DNA of 62,811 nt, filler included, from Diploschistes diacapsis (lineage: Eukaryota), in assembly GCA_023645945.1 (NCBI GenBank). It is 20 parts of 20 records of this genome, joined end to end, with 100 filler letters (N's around TTAATTAATTAA, not from the genome) between each part and the next. Parts side by side here need not be neighbours in the genome. Positions count along the whole stretch, not along the records: positions 60,890 to 62,811 come from JALAIB010002500.1; 19 more parts are not named here. The stretch is one strand, 5' to 3'. Position numbers and translations under genes: made by a program. The first letter of the stretch is position 1; each line of letters opens with the position of its first letter. Positions 61,274 to 62,811 of the stretch are shown piece after piece. The notes beneath the pieces are model-generated. The model was not told the DNA's origin. It was given only the letters and a program-made list of their open reading frames with translations, and did no database searches.

Positions 61274-62811
61274 TGAAACGCCAGCGCAGGAAAGGATGCT
61301 ACTCCACCGGGGGCTGGGCCTGATCCGGAAGGATTAGGTGTAGCTTGGGCATCTGTAGGTAAAAGGTCTCGATTCGAAAAGCTGAAGAAGAAACTATCTA
61401 GGTGGGAGGAGGGTACCGTTAAGTAGTGTGGGTGCCAGCCTACCGGGGTTCGGGGATTACCCATCTATACAGCCACCCCTTGACCCTGCCGTGTCTTGGC
61501 AAGCACCTGGGCATTGACCCTGCCGTGGCTTGGCAGGCCCAGCTTGGCAGGCCCCTGGGCTGGGCTGTCTTATTATCCCTCTTTCCAGATGTTTGTGTCT
61601 CTTATAAGCGCGATGCTCTTTTTTAGTTAATCTTTATCTCGATTTTCACCTCTTTTTCTGATTTATTCAAAAGGATACCCGTTATTCTTTTATAATAGAT
61701 GTTTCCGTTTCTTTAAACCTCTTTCAACGTCGTTTTTAATTAAATACGTTTTTAGATTTTATAAAAGAATATAGTCGTCGTGATAATCAATACCGCTTTA
61801 TTTTAAAGATTCGTCCCTATTTATAGTTTTTATTGACGTAAATTATTTATCCCCGGATATTATTAGTTACGGAAATCTTATCTTTTCGGGATTTAATTAA
61901 TAAAATTCTTATAGGATCTCGAGAATATTTTCGAAGTTAGCGGCGAGATATTAATTATCGTCGGTAGGTTATTTTATTCAACGTATCCTGTACTGGACGT
62001 TTATTCCTCGCCCGGGATCTTTTTTGACGTCGAAAATCTTTTCGATTTCTTATTCTTTTCCGTCCTCCGTCTTTATCGGGGGTGGTCTAAGATACGTCTA
62101 TTCTTTCAAAAAATCTTACGGGTCTTTCGAAAGTAAAGACGAGTGAAAGATTTTAAACTATTTTATCGACGCTAGTAAGTCCAGCTCGAAATTTATATCG
62201 TTTATTTTCTATAAAACGTTATAAAGGCCGTTTTACTTATTATTTAATTTCTTATAGGCCCGGGTGGTTTTAATATTACGTATATTTAATCAGATCGAAT
62301 CGCCGAGATTAATTTTTTTAACGGAACGTTGATACTCGTCTACGTATCGCTTTTATCGCTGTTACGTTAGTGCCATATGTCTTTTAACGAAGTTCTAGAT
62401 GTCTTATATAATTTCGACGATGGTATTAATATTTCGATTATTTATTTTCTCGCGAGTAATAATTTTCTATTTCGTTATTCTGTCGGTATCGAAAGATATC
62501 CGGGATTTATATCCTCGGATGATAAAGAATAACGAACATCTTATTGATTCCGATTCAACCGCGTTGATAACGAACTTTATTATAAGTAACAGCCGTCCCC
62601 AATCCTTCTACGAATAGTAGACGAAGGTTCGCAAATATCGTTCTATTTTCTTGTTAGTATTTTCGGTCTGATCGTCCGTTTAAAAATAAAAAGCCGTCGA
62701 TAGCTTAAAACGGATGTATAATATATTATATAAATGTTATTATAACTAATTAACGAATTAAATCTTCTTATCGAATATAATAATTAAAGGTAAATTATAG
62801 TATTTTTATAC
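61274..62811 (-). mobile_element. Gypsy (chromovirus-like) family C 3' part: integrase, probable chromodomain, 3' UTR and 3' LTR (61274-~61482)
   Basis: Minus strand reads DDQTENTNKKIERYLRTFV (GQTE.N..E.YLR) and YLAANFENILEIL.EF, a chromodomain-like tail. The LTR matches the other family C copies. Confidence 0.8.

Overview
This is eukaryotic sequence from a filamentous ascomycete (Pezizomycotina), not one locus. It is 20 unrelated contigs joined by 19 artificial 100-nt spacers (44 N + TTAATTAATTAA + 44 N). Nineteen contigs are about 1.92-1.95 kb in descending length order, and most are AT-rich, RIP-degraded, nested transposon relics (Gypsy, Copia, Fot1/pogo, hAT-like, possible MULE). Three small contigs carry recognisable genes: COX8/COX7C, a 3'-truncated UBC7 plus a secreted-protein fragment, and NFU1. 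One 24-kb contig (16411-40442) is gene-rich. It holds a GPI-type aspartic protease, a ~5-kb decayed pseudogene, an MDR/alcohol dehydrogenase-like gene split by one in-frame TAG, RFC4, a large secreted protein with many Kex2-like sites, the CAAX protease RCE1, and a Ser/Pro-rich membrane protein. I found no convincing multi-gene novel system. The best leads are a miniature non-coding LTR element with a self-priming PBS, the single amber stop in the dehydrogenase, and the candidate Kex2-processed polyprotein. All family assignments come from motif recognition by eye; no database searches were run.
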